A DNA stretch of 64,000 nt. Source: Trichosphaerium sp. ATCC 40318 (taxonomy: Eukaryota; Protista; Tubulinea). Below the pieces are notes generated by a model. It did no database searches, was not told the DNA's origin, and saw nothing but the letters and a program-made list of their open reading frames with translations. A program made the translations under genes and the position numbers. Shown in pieces: positions 1 through 12,354 of this stretch (the stretch's first letter is position 1; each line of letters opens with the position of its first letter). Where the stretch lies: assembly GCA_038496445.1 (NCBI GenBank), contig JALMLS010000268.1:248001-312000 (forward strand), read 5' to 3'.

Positions 1-62
1 TTGACACGTTTTTTCTTTTTTTTTTGTGTTTTTCTTTTTTTTGAAACTAACACGTGTGTAGG

Positions 63-438
63 TATAAAGGCGCTCGAAGAAATAAGATACTTGGTTGATA
101 ACAACTCACCTATACTACAAGCAAAGCTTAAATTCAGTGTTGTACCACCATGCCCAATATCGTTAATGATATCCAACCCAATGTGGAGAAAGTTGGCTAC
201 AAATGCATTGGATAAAGCTGGGATTGATTATAGTACATCCAAACATGATGATGGTTATGACTCAACTTGTTGGGTTATAACAGATACTATTTCAGAGACA
301 CAGAATATTCCTCCTTTGGCAAGTATTATTTTTCTGGCAAAAAGAATAGAAAATGATATTCCTGATCCTCCTGCAACTACTTTAGTGTCACCGATAGATT
401 ATAACTATATGGTGAAAATGATTACCACCAGTTTGTAA
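63..438 (+). CDS. 3'-terminal exon of an unknown protein (gene starts before the window)
   Basis: Pyrimidine tract and TAG acceptor at about 62, then an open frame to TAA 438; no family recognised. Confidence 0.55.
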
Positions 439-1016
439 AAAAAAAGAAAGTACGAAAAAGCTGTACAGCTTGTAGCCCTACAAGAAAGAAAAAAAAATAA
501 ATATTGTTTGTACATGCCTTTATTAAACCAATACGAGTTTGCAAATCAAGCAGCATTTCCACGCCTATTGCCTGAGTAAGGTAGTTACCATAACTCCTGA
601 GATTGGCTAGGCAGGGAATAACGTTAGTATTGATTAGAGGGGCATCGACAGTTTCGAAATACAAATTTTTGATTGGATATTTACCAGTTTTCGAGAATCT
701 TTGAGACCCTTTTGCTCACCTTAGAACCATCCTAAACTTAACCATGTAGCTACGATGCTATACTTACAGGCCCAAAAACAATTTTGTGATTCGTTTATGC
801 TGTACCCAGGAAAAGTAATCACACAGAAACTGGTTTGATTCAATACTTGATTTCAAAAGGAAAGGAGAATGTTTGCATCTCAAACGAATCACGTGATTCA
901 TATTGCTTTATGTGGATAGTGTTATTAGTGGCGAGGATATGTACTTATTAGCGGTTGTAGTGTAGAAACAATAAAAGAAATTGAAAAGACAAAAACTCTT
1001 TATTGTACATAGTTCA

Positions 1017-1910
1017 TTAACTGTTGACTTTTTTACCGTATCTGTAATAACTAGTTGTGGTAACTACACTTTCATTTTTATACTTATATGTCACGTGTTT
1101 ACCATGTATTCTATTCATATCATAGAAACAATGAACATATATTCTTCCATCTTGTCCGAAATAATGTTTATATTCTCCATGTTTCTTACCATCTTTAAAG
1201 TGACAACAAAGTACCAAGATACCAAACTGATTCCACTTTTTATACTCACCATTCTTTTGACCATCAACAAAATAAGTCATAGACTTTAACCTTGTACTGC
1301 TCCACCACTCTCTCTTTAAACCTTCAGGTTTGTTCATATTATAATTGCAGTGTACTTGTAAGAAATGAATAGCTGTCTTAGCACTATATTTAGTAATACC
1401 ATAGAGTTTATAGTCACCGTGTTTCATCCCATTTTTATAAAACAAATGTTTAATCAAGAAACCATTCTGACTCTCTTTGTACTCTCCATGTAATTGACCA
1501 TCTTTATAAGTTTTTAAAAGTTCTACTTTATCTCTAGAATAAGTATGAGTGCCATGTGGTACTCCATCTTTGAAGTGTTTTGTCATAAACAGCTTGTTAT
1601 TGTCATATTGTTTATCAACTTGTAATAATCCTGAAGAGTACTGTTGCTCTATGCGATGTACAAAACCACGAGCCTTCTTGTTGTAAGTGATGAAAAGACC
1701 ATGTTTTCTGAGGTTTGAATCGTATTTTGATGTCATAGCTGTCTGCTTGCATATTGAAGGCCATTTACTCTTTAAAACGCTATCAGCGGTGTCTTTAAAC
1801 ATCATCCAAAGGAGTTCTGGAGGTAAGTCAACTAAACAAGGATATTCTCTTTCTCGACGCTCGGTAGAGATACTTTTAACGTTGTACTGTGCGCTGGCAG
1901 GAAAGCTCAT
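1017..1910 (-). CDS. Intronless F-box-like + MORN-variant (MORN_2/YwqK-type) repeat protein
   Basis: 297-aa ORF with N-terminal LVDLPPELLWMMF (F-box-like) and repeated Y/F-K-D/N-G-x-x-H-G-E-Y-K units. Confidence 0.8.
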   Translation of the reverse strand: MSFPASAQYNVKSISTERREREYPCLVDLPPELLWMMFKDTADSVLKSKWPSICKQTAMTSKYDSNLRKHGLFITYNKKARGFVHRIEQQYSSGLLQVDKQYDNNKLFMTKHFKDGVPHGTHTYSRDKVELLKTYKDGQLHGEYKESQNGFLIKHLFYKNGMKHGDYKLYGITKYSAKTAIHFLQVHCNYNMNKPEGLKREWWSSTRLKSMTYFVDGQKNGEYKKWNQFGILVLCCHFKDGKKHGEYKHYFGQDGRIYVHCFYDMNRIHGKHVTYKYKNESVVTTTSYYRYGKKVNS

Positions 1911-2080
1911 AACGTTAGTTTCTAAATTTTGATTTTTTGAGTATTGAGGACAAAACTACCTGTAGAATAACAAAATAGTAAATACTACCTTCGTCGTTAA
2001 ACCATTGAACTGTTCAATGTACATATTGACGATTGTTGACCCTGAAATATCACGTGTGGAACGATTACAATTTGTATCTC

Positions 2081-2330
2081 ATGGCTACTCTACATCCTAT
2101 CACTTTACTACATATCGCTTAGCTCCTGGAGCAATTCACCCATAAAAGCATGCCAGATATCATGGCACACTTCAGCACGAAGATGGTGAAGACAAAAAAT
2201 GTGGGCAAGGCAAACAAAATTGTCAAGTAAATACGTGGTTCTAATGGTCAACTTGAGCAATACATGGCGGCTGACTGCAAACAATAGGGTGAGATGAAGA
2301 ACGGAGAGAAAACGGGAGTGTTGTTTAGGA
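2081..2330 (+). pseudogene. Possible decayed MORN-repeat paralog fragment
   Basis: One frame reads SNGQLEQY...Q*GEMKNGEKTG (2240-2320), resembling ENGQLKEQ and KNGMKHG of the flanking paralogs, with an in-frame TAG at 2285. Confidence 0.35.
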
Positions 2331-2488
2331 CGTTGGAACTGTTTCCGTTCAAACACAAAAAAAAAAAAACAAGAACGCACCGAAAGTTATTTCGGCGAAA
2401 ATATTTGTAAATTGTTTGACAACTATTGACGCTAAATCACATTATTTTACTGCTCATAATCACACAAAGCAACACAAAACCTAAAACG

Positions 2489-3235
2489 ATGAATACGTCA
2501 AAACAAGATATCTGTCACGTTTTACACCTTCCGTTGGAGCTTCAGCTCGAAATAGTTGATTTGGACTTCTCAGCGTATTTAATCTGGCCAATGTTATCCA
2601 AACAAACAGCGATGACGACAAGGTTTGATACACAGTTAGATAAACACGGTAAATGGCTAAAACAAGGTAAATTAGCTTCAAAGGTTATAAAACAACAGTA
2701 TTGGATACATGGTAAACGTGACGGTGAGTACAAAGAGTGGTATGCCCTCGGAACATTATCAAAGCAATGTCATTATTCCAATGATAAACTAGAAGGAGAT
2801 TACAAGATGTGGTATAGTAACGGAGTGCTATGGAAACATTGTGCTTATGTTAATGATACTCAACAAGGAGATTATAAGCACTGGTATGAAAATGGTCAGC
2901 TGAAAGAGCAGTCTTCTTATAACGCCAATCACAAGCTAGAAGGAGAAAACAAGTGGTGGTATGAAACTGGAATACTTATGTGTCATTGTAATTATATTGA
3001 TGGTAAACTTTCCGGTGAGTATAAGAGATGGTATGAAGATGGACAAATACAAGTCATACGTAATTATTCTAAGGGTAAAATCAGTGGAGATGTAAAGTGG
3101 TGGCATAAAAACGGACAACTTGCTGAGCATTGTGTTTATGTCAACGATAAGTTGGAAGGAGATTACAAGATATGGACATATCACGGACAACTTAAACACT
3201 GTGTACACTATAATAATGGTGAACCAACATATTAA
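2489..3235 (+). CDS. Intronless F-box-like + MORN-variant repeat protein, paralog of 1017-1910
   Basis: VLHLPLELQLEIV, a shared WPxxxKQTAMTxxxDxxLxKHG motif and about 8 repeats of G-E/D-Y-K-x-W-Y-x-N-G. Confidence 0.85.
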   Translation: MNTSKQDICHVLHLPLELQLEIVDLDFSAYLIWPMLSKQTAMTTRFDTQLDKHGKWLKQGKLASKVIKQQYWIHGKRDGEYKEWYALGTLSKQCHYSNDKLEGDYKMWYSNGVLWKHCAYVNDTQQGDYKHWYENGQLKEQSSYNANHKLEGENKWWYETGILMCHCNYIDGKLSGEYKRWYEDGQIQVIRNYSKGKISGDVKWWHKNGQLAEHCVYVNDKLEGDYKIWTYHGQLKHCVHYNNGEPTY

Positions 3236-3365
3236 CTGTACAAGGAATATCATAATAACAAACGTCATAACAACAGTGGAAAAAGAAACCCAAACAGACG
3301 TGGCCTTAACTAATAAATTTTTATTTATGAATTTTATAAATGTACATGATAGAACAATTATGCCC

Positions 3366-4515
3366 TCAAGAGTGAGTCTTGTCAGTACGGTAGTATTGCT
3401 GAGGTACTTCCATTTCAAGGCTATTAATATCATCAATCTTAACTAATGTTATGCCATCATCAAGTGTCAGAAAGCAAAAAACACTGCCGTTGAACATTGT
3501 TATGCCAGATACATATTCCAAATCATAAAGATTGAATGCTCTAATGTTGTCACTGAACAAATCATGCATTGTTATAAAACAAGGATATGTATGTGTTACA
3601 AGAACCTTAGATGCAACAGATAAATCTTGATCATTTTTATCATGATACAAACACATAAATCCTTCTTCTCCGGCATTGTATGTTTGATATTCCAAGTTTT
3701 TAGTTCCGTTTTCGTTTGACAAAAAGAACATTGGAAAATAAGTTCCATAAATACCTGGCATGCATTGATGTATAACAGAAGGTACGTTATTAAAAAACAA
3801 GTGCTTAGCAACTTGTCCGTAATATCCCTGGTCTGCAAAGTCATCTATCAAAGAAGACCAATATACGCATGTTGGCTTGTCAATCCAACACTTGTATATC
3901 CCTTGCTCTATTTTACCTTCTTTCTTTACAATAGTATAGTAAACACTCGGATCTTTGCTATCACAACACATTAAAACTATACTCTCATTCGAGATAACCT
4001 TGTCTTTGAACTTAATAGAAAAATCTCTGAGTATGCTTCCTGTTTTCAAGTCAACTACTGCAGACCGCGTTTCGCTTCTAACAACCATAAACTTTTCATC
4101 ACACGTGATAGATATTGAATAAATGTCTTGTATTTTTAGAAGAGTCCTTGGTTCCTTTGACGGTTGAGTCAAGTCGAACACTAATATAGTATCCCCTACA
4201 CCAACATACGCCTGAAAAAAAAAAATCAAAAAAAAAAGTACAAAAATAGAAAAGTGACATTGGTTTCAGTGTACAATTTTGCCTTAGAAATTCGTAAAAA
4301 GCGCCGTTGGTCAGTTTTAAAGTGTTTTACACAAAATGGCACTGCCCACAGACTGTTTTCCTTATTTTAGCGCTTAGCGACTTTAGGTATAAAGAATATG
4401 CGTCTGCGGAATGGTTTAAATAGCTGGAACGTACAAGGCCTGCCTTTGTGACTGAAATCTTACATTCAGTCTGTTCGTACATTCCTGGTACCTTGTAAGT
4501 CCAGTTGGGTATCAT
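3366..4515 (-). CDS. Hypothetical beta-rich (propeller-like) protein; 5' exons uncertain
   Basis: Long terminal exon 3366-4212 after a poly-T/CAG acceptor; no family recognised. Confidence 0.55.
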
Positions 4516-5083
4516 TGATGACGCTTTCACTGCACTCTGTCGATATAGTTAGTATAAATAGATAGAAACGTTACAATCGACAATTAAACTAGATTAATGG
4601 GTTGCAATAGTAATGAAAAGCTCTTGATAGCGTTTTAGGTTTCTAAGCATTCTTTGAGGTTCAAGCCGTACCATTTTAATGTTATTAGGTTGACGCTACT
4701 ATAGGTGTACGTTTGACACAATTGAGACGTTAATAGGCTTTGAATTGGTGTGATTCACAGAACACATTTATTAGCAATTGAAATCCTCACGACACAACTT
4801 ATCGTAAAAAGTAACAATGTTGGATTGTTGTTCCCAACGTTCTATTGCGGAGTTATACGCGGTCAATGACAACACCAAGACGTTTACTTTTAAGAAGGCC
4901 TCAAAAAAAAAGGTTAAGTTGTCTTCTATCAGTGTAACAAATTGAAGCACAATTTTCACTTGTTAACAACACTCTGCTTCCTTATTTAGAAGTGTAATTT
5001 GACAATGGTAACATACGCTATACGAACAAGTATTCATGCATTATGGGTACAAAGGTTTAAATGCAACAGAGTTGTTTTATTAA

Positions 5084-5161
5084 TTGTTTTTCTCTCATTT
5101 ATCAAAGTGTTTCATTCGTCAGGTTGTACGTTTGTGATACACTCCTCATTACAAAAAACAA
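5084..5161 (-). promoter_or_regulatory. Eukaryotic type II SECIS element in the 3' UTR
   Basis: Minus strand reads A-UGAG-GAGUGUAUCA-C-AAA-CGU-acaaccug-ACG-aa-UGAAACACUU-UGAU: UGAN/NGAN quartet, 10-bp helix II, unpaired AAA, mini-stem, and helix I UUGUUUU/AAAACAA; about 40 nt after the stop of a gene with an in-frame TGA. Confidence 0.85.
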
Positions 5162-5189
5162 TAAAGAAACTCAGTTAACAAAAATATCT

Positions 5190-6780
5190 TTAAACAGAGC
5201 CAAGATTGCCAAAACCGCTGGTTTGGAGTTGACGTTGAAACGTCATTAACTCATTAACTTTTAATCTGGTCTCGATCATTCTCTGACGAGTCAACTGCTG
5301 CAATGCAGCCATACCGCCTCTAATATCGCCGTTTCTGGTTTAAAGTTAAACTAGAACAAAACAAAAAAATATTTTATGTCACGTGCCTGAAGCGTTGTCT
5401 AATTTGTTGTGTTTGATAGAAATTCTTGAGACTTTTTTGAAGAAAATTTAAAAAAGAAGTCACACCAAAAAACCCATTTTGCATCTCATCCTTTACAGGT
5501 GATGAATGGCCTAAAGATATCTTCCCTTGGTCATCAAACGCACCACAACTAGCAAACCCGAAAGCAAATCTCCAGTTCCTCTTATAAACCATTTCAAGCA
5601 TTTTCATAGCAGGAATCTCAGAAGGAAAACCTTGACGAGTTACATTCACAGCAACAGGTACAAAATACGCATTGATGTAATTTATGACTGATTCGTTCGA
5701 AAGTACAGTCGAACGCATCTAAAACAATCAATATTTTTGAAATAGTATAAATGATAACGCACCAGTCTCCCACCCAGTCAGCAAACATTGCTATTTTGAT
5801 CAGCTAATCTTCCAACAACAATCTCAACAAAAATAGGTTTTTGCAAACGTTGAGCTAACGCTACGGCCTTGGAAAAGAAACATGCGTCAGTATGCAAATA
5901 GGCTACTAATACTACCGCAAGTATATAAATACCTGAGCTGGAGATTGAGCCCATTTAATCAAGTTCCATCTTTGTAATGGCTCGTTTTTAAGAGCAATAA
6001 GAAGCCTCTTCTTGCGACTTTCTGGTAGTTGTTCTGGATTCTTTCCAGCCTCAGTCAAGTGATTGGCCTAAAAACAAAATATTGTCTTTAGTACACGTGA
6101 TGCGAACAATTAAAAGAGAACTTACCACACCTTGCATGAACATACCAGCAATAGCATTAGCAAACGGGTTAGGTTCACTAGCAGCGTTTGCTTGGTTTGT
6201 TTGACCTCTCCTATTGTTCTGAGAAACTGCTCCAGCTTGATTTCGAATACCGTGACCGAGCTGTACTTTAGGTAGAAGTGCTACAATCGAAAAGTCATTC
6301 AACAATAGAAAAATGCGTTATGTGAATCCACGTGTGGTGGTCATACCTGCTTCAGTTGCCAAGTCTATCCATTGTGCAGCATTTTGAGGTACTCCTAAAT
6401 GGTTATCGGTTTGTCCTGGTACATTTGAGGCTTCAACAAATGTTAACGCTTAAAACCAGATCAAAGAACCACTCACCTTTGTTTGCGTTGTTGATAAGCG
6501 TATTCGCTCGAAATTGCTGTTCGTTGACAGCTTGCGCGTGGTTTTGAGGTGCTGTAAATCCTCTGGTTACAGTATCAGCAATGGCGGTAGCTACCACAGT
6601 GCGTACCCGTCTGTGAAGTTATTTGTCCATAAATTTGCAATCCCACCGAGTAAATTACCTTAGAAAAGGTAAGAAAAGCTTACGTGATGAATAGTATATA
6701 CCTAGAGACTCGTTTGACGGTTGTTGTGTGTTCGGGGATCTTGGAGGCCTGTTTGGAACTGGTGGAGGTCTACCTCTCAT
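5190..6780 (-). CDS. Selenoprotein with SelN-like/thioredoxin-fold C-terminal domain (Sec = TGA 5778-5780)
   Basis: Nine exons join in frame to ...IKWAQSPAQAVALAQRLQKPIFVEIVVGRLADQNSNVC-U-LGGRLMRSTVLSNESVINYINAYFVPV..., comparable to SELENON DDQSCUGSGRTLRETVL; downstream SECIS. Confidence 0.8.
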
Positions 6781-7063
6781 TTTATGCGTGAACCTTATGT
6801 GCTCTACACGCAACTTTAGCGGACCTGCCCAGAAATGCCGAAAAGTTGTCAAAAAGGTTGTGACAAAAAGGTCAACGATTTTATTTTGGGCTCAATTTCG
6901 GCGTCTTCTTTGCAAACTTCAATGATGCGCAGTGCGACCGATATACCACCACATTCCTCAATGAGGTATGCTGTTACGGTAGAAGGCATGGTAAGACAGT
7001 TTGGTCGTGCGACAGCAATGGCAAATATAATAAACAGTTTTTTTTTGCTTTATTTCATCGTTG

Positions 7064-9248
7064 CTATTGTACAAAGTCCATATCATCTTGCTGATCATCA
7101 GGTTGATTTATGTCAACATGTAATTGTTCGTCTATAGAATCAGACGGAAGAGAAAATCCTGTTGACTCCATCAAGGTGTCACCATCTTCAGGACCATTCT
7201 GTAAATGAACATCGCCACCCTTCAACAAATCAGTTAATAGTTTCGTTTAAAATCATAAAAATCAGCATTTGTTAACCGCCTTTAAACCACAACATTATAG
7301 GTAATCACCAAATGTAGGTGGTGATTTACAAGTGGATGATTAAGGCCAAAAAAAAGGAAAAGAAAAAATATGGATTTGTTTTGTTGTTTCTTACATGATG
7401 TTGCTCCGAAGATAAATACAATTGTTCCTTCTGTTTTGAAGCATCTAGTGGCAATGCATACCCAGCTGGTACCATTGGTAAACTTATTTGTTGTGGCATT
7501 GCAAAAGGTCCGCCAATATTGGGTATACTCAGTGGAGCCTACAAAAAACGATTAAGAAAAAAATAAGATTAACAAAACAAGTTTCAACTCATAACGGCCT
7601 CACAACCCAACATAATTTGATATGACTCAAAATTCAACTAGGGTATCGCAAACAGATACTTATTCGCCTTACAATAGATAATTTGGTGTCAAACGAGATA
7701 ATAAGAGAACTCGTGTTTGAGCGAAAAAAAAAATACAGTTTGAAGATTTTTTGACGTACTTGTCCCATTGCAAGGCCATATTGCTGACCTACATGCAACT
7801 GTGCTTGATTATAAGCTTGTAATTGTTGTTGTAGTCTCTGAACATCTTGTTCATTTTGTCCAGCTGTCATAGCAGGTTGTAATTGCTGTATGAGCTGAAA
7901 ATTGGATCTGGTATACTGTTCAATTTGTTGACTGGCCTGGAGCTATTCAAAAAAATATTTCCGTTAGTACAATAACGTAATAAGCCGTATCCGTACAATT
8001 GCCATTCTTTCAGCCATAGAAGGTTGTTTTTGTTGGTGATGACCCTAAAAATAAAAGTTAGCAAAATAAAAATCAATTCTTGACTAACCATCGGCGCTGC
8101 AGGAACATTATCCAACGCTACACCGTCAGAACTCGATCTACCATAATATTGGGGTGTTTGCGGTTCCGGTTGGGTTTCTGTGTTATGTACAAATTGCGCT
8201 GGCTATGAGTACATTTCCGTTAAAAATATGACATGAAAAAAAAAAAGGGAGAAAAGTGTGAACTCCATCTCAAGCGGAATAAGGCTATTACCTGCTGCTG
8301 ATAGAACTGTGAATTATACGTCCTCATCTTTGGTGCTGAAGGAACAATATCAATCAAAAAATCAAACGTCCTTGTGTTAGAAACAGCGGAAGCAATATCA
8401 TCCTTTGTAAGTGTTTTACGCTTATTCCTAAGAGTATTCTCCCAAGCCCTTACAGCCACTTCTCTTATAAATAAACAACAAGCCATACCAAATAAATCAC
8501 CAATCTCTCCACCAATCATCTATTTTATCAGAAGAGACACGAGTCAGTACACAACATTTCCATTAAAACAATTATTGAAATTACAATAATTTTCAAAAAA
8601 AAAAGAAAAGAAAAAAAAAGAGAAAGACATACATTTACATCTTCATCTAGAAGCATTATCTTTCTTATACGTGCAACAGGCATAGGTGATTTCCTCTTTT
8701 TCTGTTTAAAATCAATTGACTCTATTTGATCTTGCATCTCCTTCCAGAATGTCTTTGATGGGTCACGTAATGAGTACAAAGGAGGTGGTATATGCTCGAA
8801 ATTATTCAAAAGAGTTTCCTGCACGTGAGATGTTTGTTGAGGTAGTTGAGGCCTTGCAAACGCTTGCAAGTTTCCATACGCCGCCGCATGCGCTGCTTGT
8901 AATTGAGAAGCCAATTGTTGAGGTTGAGGCGGGAGATACGTATTTACGTTGGCATAAGGCAATGAAATAGGCAGCGCTTGCCCAGGTACCGTCAAAGCGG
9001 CTATGTGATCTTGTAACTGAGAATTTGATAAGGCGGTTGGCTGATTTTGCGGAATTTCATCATTTGGCGCTATATACCCGCCAACAGCGCTTGGTTGTAC
9101 GCGTATCGAACCCTGGCTTCTTGTATTGTAGGGTGGAGAATGTAAGGAGGATAATGAGCTGTTTGTTAAATGCTCATCGTCTCCTTTATCACTTTAGCGT
9201 TTTGTGTCACCAATTATGTTGAATTATATACGTACCGTCTAATTCCAT
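7064..9248 (-). CDS. NFYC: NF-YC/HAP5-like histone-fold CCAAT-binding subunit with Q/P-rich flanks
   Basis: MPVARIRKIMLLDEDVN-MIGGE...FIREVAVRAWENTLRNKRKTLTKDDIASAVSNTRTFDFLIDIVP is the NF-YC core; multi-exon. Confidence 0.85.
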
Positions 9249-9259
9249 AGAAATTACTA

Positions 9260-9295
9260 CCAATCAGATGCGACTTTGGAAATAATCCAACCAAT
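9260..9295. promoter_or_regulatory. Two CCAAT boxes in the NF-YC/TAF6 bidirectional promoter
   Basis: CCAATCAG at 9260 and CCAATGAA at 9291, same orientation, 31 bp apart, within a 158-bp head-to-head gap. Confidence 0.45.
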
Positions 9296-9406
9296 GAATG
9301 AGCGTTTCGTTAAGTGAGAGTGTACGCTTAAGAATAGCGATTTGTGCGATTTCTGGGCCTGCAAACGGCATTTTCTTTGCGAAATTAACAATCTGGTCGT
9401 GATACT

Positions 9407-11223
9407 ATGTCTATTGTAACACCAAAAGTGATCAAAATTATTGCTCAAGAAAAGACAGAATGTACTATTGCTGATAACGTAGCCAAGCAACTCGCAGAGG
9501 ATGCTGAGTATAGAGTGCGCCAAATTATACAGGTACAGGCCCGTTTGCGAAACAACACCACCAACAGCACCGCATAACATCATACAACGCAAATATTTAA
9601 AAATACTACAGGAAGCCGCTAAATTCATGCGGCACAGTAAACGGGATAAATTAATACCCTCTGACATTGACAACGCGTTGAAACAACAAAAAATAGAGGT
9701 AATTACAATGAAAGTTAACGTTTATGCTAAATATTGCCAAAAAGGGCTTATACGGCTACTCTGGGCCCATGAATCATCGTATTGTAACCGTGGCGGGAAC
9801 TAATTTATTCTATCCCTCCTCTGCAGAAGTAACGTTCGCGGATATCATACAAGGCACGCATCAACATCCACGCTCAAAACAAAAACAGTTTGATTGACTG
9901 TTTTGACAGAAAAGCTTCCTCCTACTCCAAGAGCGCCAAGCTTCCAATCTCACTGGCTAGCAATCCGTGGCGTACAACCAAGAATACCACAGAACCCACA
10001 AGAGGCAAGTACAGTGCCAGAAACCAAGACAGAAGAGACGTACGATCCAAAAAAAAAATCAAAAAATCAGTTCGATCAAAATTTATTTTTTTTAATTCGT
10101 TCTAGGCCAAAGACACAAACCAAAGATGGCGTAGAGATAAAACCTCCAGCGAAACACGTCCTATCAAAGGAACTACAGCTTTATTTCACAAAAGTGACAG
10201 AAGCAATTACAGCAGATGAATCGCCTGATGCATTGCGTGAACACGCTCTAAATACTCTAAATTCTGACCCTGGAATTTATCAGCTCTTACCATACTTTAC
10301 ACAGTACATTGCAGAACAAGTAGTCAAAAACTTGCGAAAATTGAAGCTCCTCAAGATGCTCATGAAAATGGCTCATGCCCTACTAACAAACGCTCATATC
10401 CAAGTGGACCCATATGTACGTCATTTTAAGCTATTGAGAGCAATCTAGAAGCAAGTTAACTCAAAATCAAGATTTTTTTATTCAAAAGCTCTGTGGCGTA
10501 CTAACATCGTGTCTGTAGTTACATCAGCTCATGCCTCCAATACTAACGTGTTTGGTTGGTAAACGGCTTTGTGATGAACCAAACGAGGACCATTGGTCGC
10601 TTCGCGATTACGCTGCCAAGTTGTCTGCCTTTATTTGCCAACGGTGAGTACATGAAGCACTTTTTAGTAGTGATAGCTGACATTGACATGGAGGTGGGGA
10701 AAAGTCTACAATGATTTACAACCAAGGATCACAAAAACCTTGATCCTGGCTCTTCTAGAACCTAAAAAACCATTGACTACCCATTATGGCGCAATGAGAG
10801 GATTGGCGGCTATGGGACCTCAAGTCGTTTCTCTTTTATTGCTTCCAAATATTACTGTGTACATTAAACTACTGAGAGACAGTGGTATGCTAAAGTCTGA
10901 TAACTTGTTCAAACGTCAAGAGGCAGAAAAGTGCCATGACACCCTCCTGGTACGCGTAAAAAAACCCTCCAAGAAAAAAAAGAAAAAAAAGTTCCCAAAA
11001 AATCCCAACTGACGGTAACTCTTAGAGGATTTGTGGCGATTTCTTGGCTTGGGTGGCTAGGATTTTTCAAAAAGTTGCTAGTAAATACGACAAAGATAAA
11101 CAAAAAGATGCCCTCAACAAAATTGTTCCAAACTTTACGAACATTTACAAAGAGCTTCAAACTATTTTCGGTGAGAGCTTGCAACCTTATATTCTCCCAA
11201 GCCTCAAGGCCTTTAACATGTAA
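9407..11223 (+). CDS. TAF6: TFIID subunit TAF6
   Basis: LAEDAEYRVRQIIQEAAKFMRHSKR, HWLAIRGVQPRIPQNP, KHVLSKELQLYF, DPGIYQLLPYF, THYGA motifs. Confidence 0.95.
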
Positions 11224-11405
11224 TTATAACACCCCAAAAAAAAAAAATCAAAAGAAAAAAAAATTTGACTTGTAAACCCCTTTCTTCGGTTCTTTTTTTC
11301 TAGACGATAGCGTCCGCGTTATCAAGATTATGAGTACTTCCAATAGAGCTTAAGTAGGCGAGAAATGGATGAACTGTGTGTGAATAATTTGTACACTTTT
11401 ATTGT

Positions 11406-11932
11406 TTATTCCATAGCTTTCAACTCGCGCAAACGACGGGTTGTGGATCGGACTGTGATACCTGGTTTGGTACTAATAGTGTGTAAGCGATTGACGATAG
11501 ATTTGATGATTAAAAGCGAAGAAAAATGATAAATTGGTGTATAAGCGTACGCAGGGATGTAAGCGCCACCAGCAATTTTTCTGTTGCATCCTGAGCATTC
11601 CCAGATGCCAATAGCACCGCGCTTTTGTTTATCCTTTATCAAATTTTTAGTTTTTCATCGTGTATCGGCGTCAAATGTACCTTTCCGCAGAAACTGCAAG
11701 TGTATTTGGCCTTTTGCGCACTCTCAATCTTCCTCAATTGTTTCCTGAGGGATGCACCATAACGTGTGGCGTATCTACCTGAAATACCGACCTTCTTTGT
11801 CCTACGTCTTCCCTACAATTTCTCATTTAGCCTCTGATCAGTTTGTATGTCAAAAAGCGCTTGAAATTATGTATAAACGCTGTATAACACTCGTAGTGCT
11901 ACAGGACAAAATTATTAACGACGATGTACCAT
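11406..11932 (-). CDS. RPL37A: 60S ribosomal protein eL43 (L37a)
   Basis: ATG-only first exon, then [24 protein letters not shown]...YTCSFCGK...GIWECSGC...AGGAY; 3 introns. Confidence 0.97.
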
Positions 11933-12354
11933 TATAAGCTTGTTGAGTTGTACAAAAAAAAACTGGGACTAAAATTGACCGTTCCGTCAAACTTTTTATT
12001 ATCAGCGAGTATGCCATAAATCTGCTACGGGTCGTATAAAGGCAGGTATCAGCCGCAAACTTACGTATTTGATTTTTATAACGTTTTATCACCAAAGCCA
12101 ACAATTATTCAACAAACGCGCAATATGGGGCGTCCTTTAGCGCCATCAATATCTTCACATCTTTTTTGCCGCACGACACTTGATGCATAATGATTACCAT
12201 AAGAAGAAACATCCTTTGACACTAGCCAATTGGATAATTACCTATACCAATAAAAGAAATGGTACGCTTTGCTACCAAGGTCCGACCTCCCGTGTAGCTG
12301 TTGTCAGTTCGTTTAAACAAGAAAAAAAATAATTTGTAGTCATATTTATTTATT

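Noticed and set aside
11813-11929. Possible intronic snoRNA in RPL37A intron 1 (117 nt, contains CUGA)
   Set aside because: No recognisable C box or terminal stem.
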